From an uncultured bacterium (GTDB lineage: Bacteria; B130-G9), in the NCBI GenBank assembly GCA_965372715.1, contig CBDVDH010000015.1, positions 2,779-66,778 of the forward strand: a stretch of DNA of 64,000 nucleotides, written 5' to 3'. Below are positions 1 through 10,490 of the stretch, one piece after another. The translations under genes and the position numbers were made by a program. Under the pieces are notes generated by a model. It did no database searches. It was not told where the DNA came from and saw nothing but the letters and a program-made list of their open reading frames with translations. Position 1 is the first letter of the stretch. Each line of letters begins with the position of its first letter.

Positions 1-315
1 AGGAAAGGGAAGTACGAAGACAGGGCGCTTTCCCCGAGGCCCGGGCTGATACTCCTGGACCTCAATCTGCCGGGTAAGAACGGACTAGAAGTCCTCAAAA
101 CCATACGAAGCGAGAAGCGATTTTCCACAATTCCGATCATCATTCTTACAACTTCACAGAGCGTTGATACGGTCAAACAGACCGCTGAACTGGGCGCCAA
201 TGATTATATCATGAAGCCGGCCAGCTTCGGCGAGTTCTTGGCTAGAATATCAGGCCTGGGAAGATACTGGTCAACGATCAGTGCGTTGCCAATGCAGAAA
301 GGAATTGGGCAATGA
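1..315 (+). CDS. Single-domain response regulator (Rcp1/CheY-like), 5'-truncated by window edge
   Basis: Frame 1 translates to ...RPGLILLDLNLPGKNGLEVLKTIRSEKRFSTIPIIILTTS...GANDYIMKP...YWSTISALP; its TGA overlaps the next ATG (ATGA). Not in the supplied ORF track. Confidence 0.9.
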   Translation, partial: RKGKYEDRALSPRPGLILLDLNLPGKNGLEVLKTIRSEKRFSTIPIIILTTSQSVDTVKQTAELGANDYIMKPASFGEFLARISGLGRYWSTISALPMQKGIGQ

Positions 316-1829
316 GTGAAAAGCCAAGTAGAAGGATTCTTATAGTTGACGACGATTCTGACCACAACGATCTTCAAAAGGACGCGATCCTGAAGTCCTC
401 CGGCAGCTACTCGGTTGCTCAAGCCTTTGGGCCGGATGAGTGCCTGGCAATCGTTGTCAAATCCCGGTTTGACCTGATTATTTTGGACTACACACTTCCA
501 GGCATGGACGGTCTGACGGTCATGGAGCGCATCAAGGAGATGAACCTGGACGTCCCGATACTGATGGTAACCGGACACGGCGACGAAAGTGTCGCGGTTG
601 ACGCGATGAAGCACGGCGCCTGCGACTACTTGACCAAGACGCCAGATATGCGGTTTCTCGAGGCCCTTCCGATCGTGGTTCAGAGGGCGTTGAAGCAGCA
701 CCGGTTAAAGGCTGAGAAAAAGCGGCTTGAAGAACAAGTTCGTCAGACAAAGGACTACTTGGAAAAGGTAATAGAAAACGCTGGTGAGGCCGTCTTAGTT
801 CTTGATTTGACCGGAAGGATTCTCTCGATCAATCGCGCCGGCCAGGAGATGTTTGAGAAGAGAAGTGAGCAGCTGCGGTCGAGCACGGTCTATAGTTTGG
901 CCAAGAGTGGCGAGGACCGGGAGAAGCTCAAACGGGCGCTGGATACAGCGGTCGGGGAAACGAGGAGAATTAGCGTTAAGATGATTGGTGCGGCCGACAG
1001 AACGCTGGAGGTTTCGATCTGCATCTCCTTGATCGAGGTCAATTCCCAAACGCGAGCCGTCGTCATCATGCGAGATATGACTGAGATGCTCGACATGCAG
1101 CGTAAGCTCATTGAGAGAGAGAAGCTTGCGGCGATCGGCGAGCTGGTGGGCAGTGTCGCGCACGAGCTCAACAACAAGCTGGGCCCGATTTTGGGCTATG
1201 CGGAGCTGATGCAGCGTTCGGCGAAGGATGACAAGGCCAGGCAGCGGCTCCGTGTGATCGAGGATTCGGCCCTGAAGGCAAAGAGTATTATTGAGGCCCT
1301 GCTGGGCTTTTCGAGGCATAGAAAGCCTCTACGGAGCTACTTCAACCTCAACAAAGTTCTCCAGGATGCGCTCTCTTTGATGGAATTCCAGCTGAAGAAA
1401 AACAAGGTCCAGGTGGACCTGCACCTGGCGGATGACTTGCCGGACCTGTTTGCAGATAGCGTTCAAGTTCAGCAGATTTTCGTCAATCTATTGAAGAATG
1501 CATACCAGGCGGTTCAGGGGCTTGACGACAGGAGAATCGAGATCAAGACGGCAAGGGAGGAGGACTCGATGGTGTTCTCTGTGTGTGACAATGGGGTAGG
1601 CATTCCTGAGTTCAACCTGAGTAGGGTATTTGATCCGTTCTTTACGACTCAGAGGTCCGGTAAGGGCACCGGCCTGGGCCTGAGCGTCGCGTATGGAATA
1701 GTCAAAGAGCATAACGGTGATATAGTTCTGAACAGCAAAGAAACGGCCGGAACGGAGGTGACAGTCAAGCTGCCGATCTGCGATGGGCCAGTTGCTGCGC
1801 CTCAAAAGGGTGAGCGGAGGCGCGCGTGA
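312..1829 (+). CDS. Hybrid sensor kinase: REC-PAS-HisKA-HATPase
   Basis: ILIVDDD / ILDYTLPGMDG receiver, PAS-like segment, H-box AHELNNKL, N-box QIFVNLLKNA, G-boxes DNGVGI, FDPFFTT, GTGLGL. Confidence 0.93.
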   Translation: MSEKPSRRILIVDDDSDHNDLQKDAILKSSGSYSVAQAFGPDECLAIVVKSRFDLIILDYTLPGMDGLTVMERIKEMNLDVPILMVTGHGDESVAVDAMKHGACDYLTKTPDMRFLEALPIVVQRALKQHRLKAEKKRLEEQVRQTKDYLEKVIENAGEAVLVLDLTGRILSINRAGQEMFEKRSEQLRSSTVYSLAKSGEDREKLKRALDTAVGETRRISVKMIGAADRTLEVSICISLIEVNSQTRAVVIMRDMTEMLDMQRKLIEREKLAAIGELVGSVAHELNNKLGPILGYAELMQRSAKDDKARQRLRVIEDSALKAKSIIEALLGFSRHRKPLRSYFNLNKVLQDALSLMEFQLKKNKVQVDLHLADDLPDLFADSVQVQQIFVNLLKNAYQAVQGLDDRRIEIKTAREEDSMVFSVCDNGVGIPEFNLSRVFDPFFTTQRSGKGTGLGLSVAYGIVKEHNGDIVLNSKETAGTEVTVKLPICDGPVAAPQKGERRRA

Positions 1830-2698
1830 TGGTGCATTCGAGCGCTGGGTCCGACGAGGTCAAGTTCGTGCTCAAGAGGCTGTCAGAGCTACCGACTTTG
1901 CCGGTTGCGCTTTATCGGATGCTGGACGCCCTCTCGGATCCGAGGTTGTCGATGGCCAAGATATCGCAGATCGTTTCGGAGGACCCAGCTCTGGCCACCA
2001 AGATGCTAAAGCTCGCCAATTCGCCCTATTATGGGTTTCAGAAGGAGGTCAGAAGCGTTGAGCACGCGATGGTTCTCCTCGGCGTCGAGACCGTCAAGGC
2101 CCTGGCTCTTGGGGTCTCGATATTCAACACTTTTCACGACTCGAGCGACCTAACAGGCATAAACAAGGCCGGACTCTGGACGCATTTCTTGGCTGTCGCG
2201 TTCTGTGCGAAGCAGCTTGCCTCAATAGTTCAGGTTAGCGAGCCGGATGCTGCATTTACGTCAGGGCTGATTCATGACATTGGCAGACTTGCTCTTCTTC
2301 GGTTGTTTCCCTCCGAGTCGGTCGCGGTTGTTGCGGCGATTGAAGACGGCGAACTCTCGTTGCTGGAAGCAGAGGAGAGGGCATTTGGCCTTGACCATCA
2401 GGCGGCCGGCTCATTTCTGGCGAAGAGGTGGAACCTCCCGGAAGACCTACAGGATACAATAGCTTTTCATCACGACAGAACCGCACTCGACAAGGGCGAT
2501 CTTGTGGGTTCTGTGTACCTGGCTGAGAAAATCTGCAAGTTGCGAGCGCTGGGTTGGACCGGCGAGGTAAGGGTCCCTGAAATCGCCGACGATGAGCTCA
2601 CCCAATTCCGCATAACTTCAGACCAATTAGAGGAAGTTGAAAAGCGGCTTATGGAGAAGCAGCCTGAGATTAACGAGTTCTTCAGGAGTATATGGTAG
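1826..2698 (+). CDS. HDOD domain protein
   Basis: LPTLP, DPALATKMLKLANSPYYG, GLIHDIGRL, DHQAAGSFLAKRWNLP, IAFHH. Confidence 0.92.
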   Translation: MMVHSSAGSDEVKFVLKRLSELPTLPVALYRMLDALSDPRLSMAKISQIVSEDPALATKMLKLANSPYYGFQKEVRSVEHAMVLLGVETVKALALGVSIFNTFHDSSDLTGINKAGLWTHFLAVAFCAKQLASIVQVSEPDAAFTSGLIHDIGRLALLRLFPSESVAVVAAIEDGELSLLEAEERAFGLDHQAAGSFLAKRWNLPEDLQDTIAFHHDRTALDKGDLVGSVYLAEKICKLRALGWTGEVRVPEIADDELTQFRITSDQLEEVEKRLMEKQPEINEFFRSIW

Positions 2699-4371
2699 TG
2701 CAGGGCCGAATGTCTGACAGCAACAGCGCCGGTCGGGATGATACAGACCTGCAACGCGACCTTCTGAGTCTCGTTGAGGAGATTGAGCGCATCCTCAAGC
2801 GCAGAGCATTTGACGAGCCGCTTCCGGAATGCCGCACGGAGCTGGGCAAGCGGTTTAGGTCTGCGCTGTCCAAGATGTCGGAGTTGCTGCGGGACCATTC
2901 CATCAAGATGATAGCACTTGTGGAAGCGCTTGCTGGCGCCAACCGGCTTTACTCGGAGAAGATCGAGGAGCTGTCGTCGATGCGGAGGGTTTCTGATGCG
3001 CTGAGCTCAACCCTGGACCTCGGTGAGACTTGTCGGCTTGCGTCTGAGGTCCTGGCTGAGGAGACGGGCGCGGACTCGTGCTACCTATTCCTGGTCGATG
3101 AACAGACGGATGTCCCTGTTCTTCGCGCCGTGAAGACGAACTCTGAGACGGCCGCGGCCTTTTTCTCAATGGATGCGCCTGGTGTTGACCCCTTAGTGCT
3201 TGAGCTTGCAACTAGGGCCGTGAGTGCGTGTGAGCCAGTTATCTCATCCGGCGTCGATGAGTCCGCCGGAGGATCAGCTGGGCTTGGACAACTGGTGTGT
3301 TTGCCGCTTCTGGCCTCTGGTAGGCCGATAGGTGCGGTCGCCCTCGTTGGACCATCCGGGAGCGGTCCTCGGCCTTACGCGGGCCGTATTATCGGGATAC
3401 TTGCAAGCCAGATAGCTGCTGCGCTCGTGCACAGCCATCTTTACGCGAAGCTAGCCATGGCGCAGAAGGTTCAGACCATCGTCGAGACGGCCGTAACCGT
3501 CAACCATCAGATCAACAACCCGCTCTCGGTCGTTCTTTCAAGCGTCGGAATACTCCGGCGCCAGATGGCTAAGGCCGATCTGGATGAGATCGAGCCGAGG
3601 CTCGAAGATATCGAAAAGGCCGTCTCTGAGGTTCAGGAGGCGACGCAGAAACTCGCCTCAATCGTTTCACCCGTTGTTGAAGAGTACGCAAACGGAACCA
3701 AGATGATAAGCTTGACCGACTCCGATACTTCGTTTTCTGTTTCTAAGGGAGAGTTCCTGAAGAAATACAAGGCGCTCTTGGAGCAGATGAGGCACGACGC
3801 GGAGGAACGTTCAGGCTACGAACCTGCTCGCACGGAGAGCATTGCGCATATCGGTGGCATTCTTGGGAACAAAATAGGCCTTTCTGAAGCGGAACTTGAG
3901 GATCTAAGGATGCTCTGTCTCTGGCATGATATCGGTGTCGAGGCAGTTGATGAGAAGATTCTCAGAAAGCCCGCGACACTTGATAATGAGGAGATGCTCA
4001 ACATCAAGGAGCACCCCGCGATCAGCGAGCAGCTGCTTCGGCCCGTTCATGGGCCGAGTGGTTTCGTGAAACTCGTCCGGCACCACCACGAAGATGTGAA
4101 CGGCGAGGGCTATCCTGATAAGCTGCCTGGGGCTAAGCTGGTGCTTTCAGTCCGGATTCATCGCGTTGTTGAGGCATACATTGCGATGCGATCGGACCGG
4201 CCTTTCAGGCCAGCGATGGAGCCTCAGCAGGCCCAAAACGAGCTCATAAGATGCGCGGGACTCCAGTTCGACCCCTCTGTTGTTGAGGAATTCCTTGCGC
4301 TCCTGCGCGAGCGGCCCGCATTGGAGGAGCTCTGCTCGCACAAACTCCTGGACACGACAGAAGAGGATTAG
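2692..4371 (+). CDS. GAF + HisKA-like helix + HD-GYP domain protein (possibly degenerate c-di-GMP phosphodiesterase)
   Basis: GAF (LVCLPLLASGRPIGAV), H-box-like TVNHQINNPLS, WHDIG, HHHEDVNGEGYPDKL, DRPFR, QFDP. Confidence 0.8.
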   Translation: MVVQGRMSDSNSAGRDDTDLQRDLLSLVEEIERILKRRAFDEPLPECRTELGKRFRSALSKMSELLRDHSIKMIALVEALAGANRLYSEKIEELSSMRRVSDALSSTLDLGETCRLASEVLAEETGADSCYLFLVDEQTDVPVLRAVKTNSETAAAFFSMDAPGVDPLVLELATRAVSACEPVISSGVDESAGGSAGLGQLVCLPLLASGRPIGAVALVGPSGSGPRPYAGRIIGILASQIAAALVHSHLYAKLAMAQKVQTIVETAVTVNHQINNPLSVVLSSVGILRRQMAKADLDEIEPRLEDIEKAVSEVQEATQKLASIVSPVVEEYANGTKMISLTDSDTSFSVSKGEFLKKYKALLEQMRHDAEERSGYEPARTESIAHIGGILGNKIGLSEAELEDLRMLCLWHDIGVEAVDEKILRKPATLDNEEMLNIKEHPAISEQLLRPVHGPSGFVKLVRHHHEDVNGEGYPDKLPGAKLVLSVRIHRVVEAYIAMRSDRPFRPAMEPQQAQNELIRCAGLQFDPSVVEEFLALLRERPALEELCSHKLLDTTEED

Positions 4372-4655
4372 ACAGACCTTCAGCCCACCTTGCAGAGCAA
4401 GCTAGGCGGAAGACCCGGGCCGTTTGCCAAGATAGCTTTGGCTTGTTCTGATATTTGTTGTATTAGTTCTCTGGAGATGGGTTTTTGTGTCCCAAGGGCT
4501 GCTGACCGCCGCCTTCTATGAATCGTCTCATGGATGCTATGGAGAAGATGGACAACCTTGTGTTGCCGATAAAGAGGTTTGTGATTCTTCGCTGTTTTTG
4601 TCTGGAGTAGTTGAATCTGGAGCGACAATCTCGGTTTATTGAGTTTTGACACGCG

Positions 4656-7600
4656 ATGCAGCTATTTCAGAGAGATACATACCACCTTGCGACCCGCCTT
4701 ACGGTTACGTTAGTTCTTCTGCTTGGGCCAGTGTTCTTCAGTCTCTGGCCTTTCTGGTCCCTTAATTACGGCAAGGAGCTGTTGTTTCGGTTTCTTGCAG
4801 TGATGCTGGCGTCGTTCTTTGTTGCCGGGTCCATCTCAAGAGGTTCTTTGCGTCTCGACTTAGCCTCGCTTGGCAAGCCCCTAAGGCTGCCTCTTCTGCT
4901 GGTCCTCTTGAGTCTTGCGCTGGCGACGGTCCGGGGAGGGGCCCCATTCGAGGCGAGAGCGACGTTTCTCGACGTCGTATTGGGCTTTTTGTTCGCTCTG
5001 ATTGTCGCCGAGGCCTTCAGGAATCGGACGGTGAAGCCGCTATCGGTTTTGTTCGTGCTGATCTTTGCCGGCGTTGTGAATGCGGGGATGGCAATTGGAC
5101 AATCGTTCGGCTGGGACGTCATTTTTGCGGTCCCGATCGAGGAGGTGGGTGAATCCCTGGTCTCTGGACGCCGCAAGGTGATGGGATTTCTCGGCAATCC
5201 GGTTTTTGTGTCTGAATACATCTCCGCCACGCTGCCATTTGTGCTGGCCGTGCTTCTTATTGGGAGATCGCGGGTCAAGAAGGTTGCGATGGGGGTCGTG
5301 CTCGCATTCCTCGTCGTGGCCCTACTGGTGACGATGACAAGGGCGCCCGCCATTTCAACCATTCTGGGATTCGGCGTGTTCTTGGGTCTGCTCACGATCG
5401 CCGCCGCGAGGACGCCTCATCTTCGCAAGGAGAAGCTGACCGTAGAGTTGGTCATCCTTGCCGTGGTTCTGATTTACGTCGGCGTTTTTGCCAAGTACGC
5501 CGGAGTGCTTGAACGATACTCCGAACGGGGCAGCTTCGACAGGAGGCTCTCTATGTGGTCGAACACAAGGGCCATGATTGAGGAATCGCCCGTCCTGGGT
5601 CATGGTCTTGGCGCCTTCAAGTATCGGTATCTTGACTTTCAGGTGCAGCAGAACCTCAAAAAGATGCAACATTCGCCGCCCCAGCAAGTCAGAATCTCGC
5701 CCAAGGGCGGGCTTGCACACGCTCACAACGAATACTTGCAGATGGCTGCGGAAACCGGCGCAATCGGCCTGTTCTGCTTCGCTTTTCTCGTGGTGTCGGT
5801 ATTCAGATTTGGGATCACCAGCCTCAGGCGGGCGCTGAGGAACAAGAACGACGCCTCGGCAAACGACGAGTGTATAATTGTCGTGTCCGCTCTAACTTCT
5901 CTCGTCATAATACTCGTAAATGGGCTTACCAGCTTTCCGTTGCACATCGCTCCAACAGCGACACTTGGTCTGACAGCAGTTGCGCTCGTAATCGGGCCTT
6001 CGATGAGATTGCGGAATTCGTCCCTGACTCGACAGGGCAGCCATAGCCCCGCGAGGATTGCTAGGACGCCCGGACGTCCTGCCAGATTGCTCCTGACGCT
6101 TGCTGTCTTTGCGGTAGCGATTTGGGCCCTGATGAGTCCAATCAAGGCTTTCCTCGCGGATTATCACGGCTGCGTTGGCGACAGGCTGCGCAAAGCAGGC
6201 TCTACTGAACAGGCGTTCGATAGATACGGATTCGCCGCTGCACTGCAACCGGACGATGGCCGGCTCCTCTTCAAGATGGGGCTTTGCCTGTCCACTACGG
6301 GGAAGCTTGAGCCCGCCCAGGCACTATATGAGGCGTCGCGCTTAACTTACAATGTCCCCGTCCTTCTTGTCTCATCTTCGGAGAACTCACTGAGGCTGGG
6401 GTATGTATTCGAGGCCATACGGGGCTTCAGCCGCGCGTATGCATATACCCAAATGAACCGTTACAATCGACGGCTCGGTGAAATATACCTCCGGCTCGGT
6501 CAGAGCTTCGCGGAGCGCGGACGGTTTGACCTGGCGCTCGGCTGCCTGAATGAGGCGCGAGAGCTTGCCCCTTCGGTGGGCGTTTTAAAGCTGATTGCAG
6601 AGGTTCAGGGGCAGCGAGGTACGAAGCACGACGCGGCCCGGACGTTGACCGAGATCATCGAGATGGACGAGTTCGAGATTGAGGCGGTGTTCAGGCTCGG
6701 GGAATACTACGAGAGCCAGGGGGACCTGTCCCTGGCCAGGAAGTGTTTTGAGAGGGTCAGAAGGCTCGACCCAGGTTTCCGAGGCGTTGGGGACCGCATT
6801 TTTTCGCTATCGCTTGAGCTCTCGAAGAAGGAAGATGTCCCTGCCTGGGAGCGCAGCAAGGACCTGTATCTGATGGGCAAGCTCTTCCTGAACTACGGGC
6901 AGCATCATCAGGCGCAAGAGATGTTCAAGAGAGCCAGAAAGATGGGTGTTAATGTACCGCAAGCCTACTATTTCAGGGGGGAATCCCTTGAAAAGCTGGG
7001 CACACTCGACGAGGCCGAGAGAGAGTACAGAGAAGCATTCTTACTGGATTCTCACGACGCTCGGCCACTTGTGAATCTGTTGAGGCTTTATGACGCCAAT
7101 GATGATGAGGAAGGCATCGAATGGGTTCTACAGAATGTCAAGAACTTCAAGCCGGAATACGAGCTTGAGAAGGTCTTTGTGATGCGAGGTGTGAGTAGCG
7201 ATATGCCGCACTGGCCGGACAACGTCTCTAGAGGAATCCTGCGGGGTATATCGATTGACGAGCTCTCTGTCCAATGGGATAAGAACGTGGCGCTAACGGT
7301 CGTTTGGGATTTGCAGCCGCCGGCTGGGTTGGGTCAATGCTCGGTGGAGCTCTTGCAGGACTTGGGGGGCCAAGTCCTAAGATGCGGTGGTCGGCTTGTT
7401 CTGGTCAAGGACACCGCCAACCTCATTAGAGGCCGGGATGCTTTTAGAGTAACCGAAGGCGCTCCCCTGCTCCTAGGGCCGGATGCGGAATCATGTCCGT
7501 CGCCTGGGCCTGAGGCCTTTATCCTGAATACTGATGCTAGCGTTTCGAGGGCAGTTGGCTATTCCGAGAGGATGCCCGTCGATTCCAGCAATGACTACAT

Positions 7601-7892
7601 CCTCTTCTACGGGATATGGGCTTCAAAATCTGGCGCGTATGTCGGCAAAGAGTTCTACGACCAGAATGGGCGCAAGCTCTTCTTCAATAGGAACCGCAGC
7701 AACGAGCGCGAGTGCGAGTGGGAGTATTTCCTGGAGTATTTCAGCCCGCCTCAGCAAGCGAGGTTTGTTGCCCTTTTTCTAGTGTTGGAGCAGGCTTGGG
7801 CTGACGCATGGTTCGATAAGATAGTCCTAGCCCCCATCCCCAGGGGCCCCGACATCGGAATGCGGGGGGACATCCGCAGCACCGCGCAGTAG
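4656..7892 (+). CDS. O-antigen ligase-like (Wzy_C) membrane protein with TPR repeats, possible O-oligosaccharyltransferase
   Basis: Many TM helices, GFLGNP, PVLGHGLGAF, HAHNEYLQMAAETG motif, then TPR-like repeats and a C-terminal beta-rich domain. Confidence 0.82.
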   Translation: MQLFQRDTYHLATRLTVTLVLLLGPVFFSLWPFWSLNYGKELLFRFLAVMLASFFVAGSISRGSLRLDLASLGKPLRLPLLLVLLSLALATVRGGAPFEARATFLDVVLGFLFALIVAEAFRNRTVKPLSVLFVLIFAGVVNAGMAIGQSFGWDVIFAVPIEEVGESLVSGRRKVMGFLGNPVFVSEYISATLPFVLAVLLIGRSRVKKVAMGVVLAFLVVALLVTMTRAPAISTILGFGVFLGLLTIAAARTPHLRKEKLTVELVILAVVLIYVGVFAKYAGVLERYSERGSFDRRLSMWSNTRAMIEESPVLGHGLGAFKYRYLDFQVQQNLKKMQHSPPQQVRISPKGGLAHAHNEYLQMAAETGAIGLFCFAFLVVSVFRFGITSLRRALRNKNDASANDECIIVVSALTSLVIILVNGLTSFPLHIAPTATLGLTAVALVIGPSMRLRNSSLTRQGSHSPARIARTPGRPARLLLTLAVFAVAIWALMSPIKAFLADYHGCVGDRLRKAGSTEQAFDRYGFAAALQPDDGRLLFKMGLCLSTTGKLEPAQALYEASRLTYNVPVLLVSSSENSLRLGYVFEAIRGFSRAYAYTQMNRYNRRLGEIYLRLGQSFAERGRFDLALGCLNEARELAPSVGVLKLIAEVQGQRGTKHDAARTLTEIIEMDEFEIEAVFRLGEYYESQGDLSLARKCFERVRRLDPGFRGVGDRIFSLSLELSKKEDVPAWERSKDLYLMGKLFLNYGQHHQAQEMFKRARKMGVNVPQAYYFRGESLEKLGTLDEAEREYREAFLLDSHDARPLVNLLRLYDANDDEEGIEWVLQNVKNFKPEYELEKVFVMRGVSSDMPHWPDNVSRGILRGISIDELSVQWDKNVALTVVWDLQPPAGLGQCSVELLQDLGGQVLRCGGRLVLVKDTANLIRGRDAFRVTEGAPLLLGPDAESCPSPGPEAFILNTDASVSRAVGYSERMPVDSSNDYILFYGIWASKSGAYVGKEFYDQNGRKLFFNRNRSNERECEWEYFLEYFSPPQQARFVALFLVLEQAWADAWFDKIVLAPIPRGPDIGMRGDIRSTAQ

Positions 7893-9314
7893 GGCCAGTT
7901 CGTGCCAATTGATCGCGCGTGACACCACGATTCCGCCGCCAAAAAGCACAAGCCACACAGCCGCAAACGCTGGCCGGTTTCCCCAAAGCCCCAAAGCGTA
8001 GGTCAGCGCGAAAGCCAAGACCGCCGAAGCAAACGGTCGTAGTAGAACTGCCCTCAGTTGCCATCCAGAGAGATACTGGCTCAGGAAGTACGCGATGAGT
8101 GCGAAAAGGAGAAGCTCCGTTATTAGCGTAGAAGACGCTGCACCAAGATAGCCCCAGCGCGGGATCATCAGGTAATTCAGCGCGATATTGACTAGCGCCC
8201 CTGCCATGAAGCAATACATCAACCTGACTTGCTTGCCGATGGCGATCAACAGGGTCGTGAGCATTAAGTTGCAGAAGAAGGGCACTACTGTCAGCATCAA
8301 CACCGTGAGTGCCTGGCTCGACTCCGTCCTGAAATCCCGCCCGAACAGCGCAACTATCTTCGGAGCCGCAAGCGCTACCATGACGGATATAGCGATTCCA
8401 AGCGTAAGAAGAATGACCAGCATTTGCTGACCAGCACGCACCAACATCTTTTTGGATTCCTTGACGAGGCGCGAGAAGATAGGCAACGCGATCAGCATCA
8501 GAATGGAAGGCACCAGTGCCGTAACCTCGAACACGCGAAAGGCGGCCGAATACCAGCCCAATTCCGTCTCGGACCTCATCCATCCGAGCATTAGCTGGTC
8601 TATCCGAAAATAGACGGTGGAGAAAAAGAGCGTCAAAGCAAGTGGAATCGCCTCTTTCATGAGCGATTTGAACAGAGCGGCATCTATTCTGAAGATGGGC
8701 CGACCAAATCTCTTCATGACCATTCCGAGTGCCAGGGCGGCTGCAGTCGCCGTCGCCACAGCAAAGGCATAGCCAATCCCCTTGATGCCCATTCCGTGCA
8801 GAACCAAGACGACGCCCAGAAGGACGGCCCCTCCGCGCTGCACAACGTTCGTAACCGCATCCAGGTCAAGCCGCTGATCGACAACGAAGAAAGCGTTGAA
8901 CATCTCCATGAACGACAGCGAGATGCAATACGCGGCGAAGAGATATGCCTCGGTGTGGCCTGTCATCGCTCCAGTTGCAGCGCTGCCTGGCCCGTTCAGA
9001 CCGTACATGATTACCCACAGAAGCCCGAAGACGATGCCTGATAACAGCGCCTTCAGGATCATCGAAGCGCCCAGAAGCTTCCGGGCCTCGTCCCGCCTGG
9101 TCGCAACCTCCCTTAGCATGAGAGCTGAGAAGCCGCAGTCGGCGATCAGACCCATAATGCTCGTCAGCACCAGCAGAAAGCTGTAGCGTCCGAGTCCGTC
9201 CGCGCCGAGCTTCCTGGCCACGAACACTACGAAGCCCAGGTTGACAAGCTTCTTGAAGGCCTCTGTCCCGGTCCGAAACGCCACGTTCTTGACCAGCTTG
9301 CCTAGCGTCGCCAT
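7827..9314 (-). CDS. Wzx-type oligosaccharide flippase
   Basis: FVARKLGADGLGRYS, YFRIDQLMLG, ELGWYSAAFR, NIALNYLMIPRWGYLGAA; about 12-14 TM segments. Confidence 0.9.
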   Translation of the reverse strand: MATLGKLVKNVAFRTGTEAFKKLVNLGFVVFVARKLGADGLGRYSFLLVLTSIMGLIADCGFSALMLREVATRRDEARKLLGASMILKALLSGIVFGLLWVIMYGLNGPGSAATGAMTGHTEAYLFAAYCISLSFMEMFNAFFVVDQRLDLDAVTNVVQRGGAVLLGVVLVLHGMGIKGIGYAFAVATATAAALALGMVMKRFGRPIFRIDAALFKSLMKEAIPLALTLFFSTVYFRIDQLMLGWMRSETELGWYSAAFRVFEVTALVPSILMLIALPIFSRLVKESKKMLVRAGQQMLVILLTLGIAISVMVALAAPKIVALFGRDFRTESSQALTVLMLTVVPFFCNLMLTTLLIAIGKQVRLMYCFMAGALVNIALNYLMIPRWGYLGAASSTLITELLLFALIAYFLSQYLSGWQLRAVLLRPFASAVLAFALTYALGLWGNRPAFAAVWLVLFGGGIVVSRAINWHELALLRGAADVPPHSDVGAPGDGG

Positions 9315-9405
9315 TGCTGCCTCAGCATTCAGCTGTATCCGCTACTACCGGACAGTTCTGGGTATCCACTGCCGATCACTCCGCGCTTAGACACGGGCCC
9401 GCGAA

Positions 9406-10183
9406 CTAGTCCTTCACAGCCAGCCGGAGCAATCTGCCGAAATATGGCCGGTTGAAGATCAGCAGAGCGGGCTTCGTTATTAGGAGTTGCATGACGATTT
9501 TTGGAGCAGGTGTGTTGAACGGACCCGGGACGAAGTTGAGGTAGCTCCGCCTCTTGTGGAAGAGCTGCTTGCGATACACCTGTTCCTTAATAATGTCGTA
9601 GCGTGGAGGCAGTATCCTCGGGACATACTTGGCCAGCATGTCCGCAATCGAAATGACCTCCTCGTTTGAGAAAGGCCTCTTATACATTTTGCGTATCCGC
9701 TCGCTGCCGGTCTGAACGCCCATTTGCAGGTAAACCATACACATTGGCAACGCTCGATGCATCTTTGCCCTGAGAATTAGCGCGCGCGATTTCGACAATC
9801 GCCTCCTCACCCTCGCCAATGCACACGTAATCGGCGAATTCGGCGCACTCCCTGGGCATTAGCGTGGCGTGGATGCCGCCAACCACTACCGGTGCGCCGG
9901 TCTTTTCTCGCAAGAACTCGCACAGCTGGGCCACCCGGTCGAGGTAGTTGCTCATGAGTGAGACCCCGACGAGTAGAGCATCCTTGCAGAGTTCGCCGAC
10001 CTGCTCAAGAACGCTATCCGGATACAGAAACAGCCCCGGCGGGATGTCGCCCTTCTCCTCTGCGATCTGTAGGAACAACTTCCTAGTCGCAAAGCCGGCC
10101 TGCTTGAGGCAGCTGGAAAGGACTCTCGGCCCCATGGACGAGATGTCGGAGTACGGCGATATGATGACCGCTGGTTTAGTTAT
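9406..10183 (-). pseudogene. Internally deleted B12-binding radical SAM gene
   Basis: B12-binding domain (VVVGGIHATLMP...DYVCIGEGE) in 9680-10135 joins out of frame to a late radical SAM segment (YLQMGVQTGSERIRKMYKR) near 9735. The CxxxCxxC core is absent and the apparent start is ATA. Confidence 0.75.
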
Positions 10184-10373
10184 CTCAAAAGCCCTCTCTC
10201 AACTGAAGCACACCAGGGGCCAGAAGCGGCAATGACGCCCGGTCATTCGGCACAATTGTGCCTCAGAATATCCCCGCAAAGCCCGCCCATGTCAACCTCG
10301 CAGTGACGGAGTTTCCCCGTTGGGGAAACGGGAGAAAAGGAAAAAGGGGCAAAGGGCGAAAAGGACGTCTGAA

Positions 10374-10399
10374 GTAGGGGCGCGGTCTTAGACCCGCCC
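10374..10399 (+). repeat. GTAG-family REP palindrome
   Basis: GTAGGGGCGCGGTCTTAGACCCGCCC; near-identical copies at 44133 and 51545. Confidence 0.8.
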
Positions 10400-10490
10400 G
10401 TGCCGATTGGTGAGAGTATTCGCCATGCTGGATTCGGTTGGATTGATATGGGCAGACGAACGCGGTTCGCCGCGGTGAGCTGCCCCCATC

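Noticed and set aside
7827-7892. Convergent 3' overlaps (also 16903-16948)
   Set aside because: Short tail-to-tail overlaps are common in GC-rich genomes and show no sign of function.
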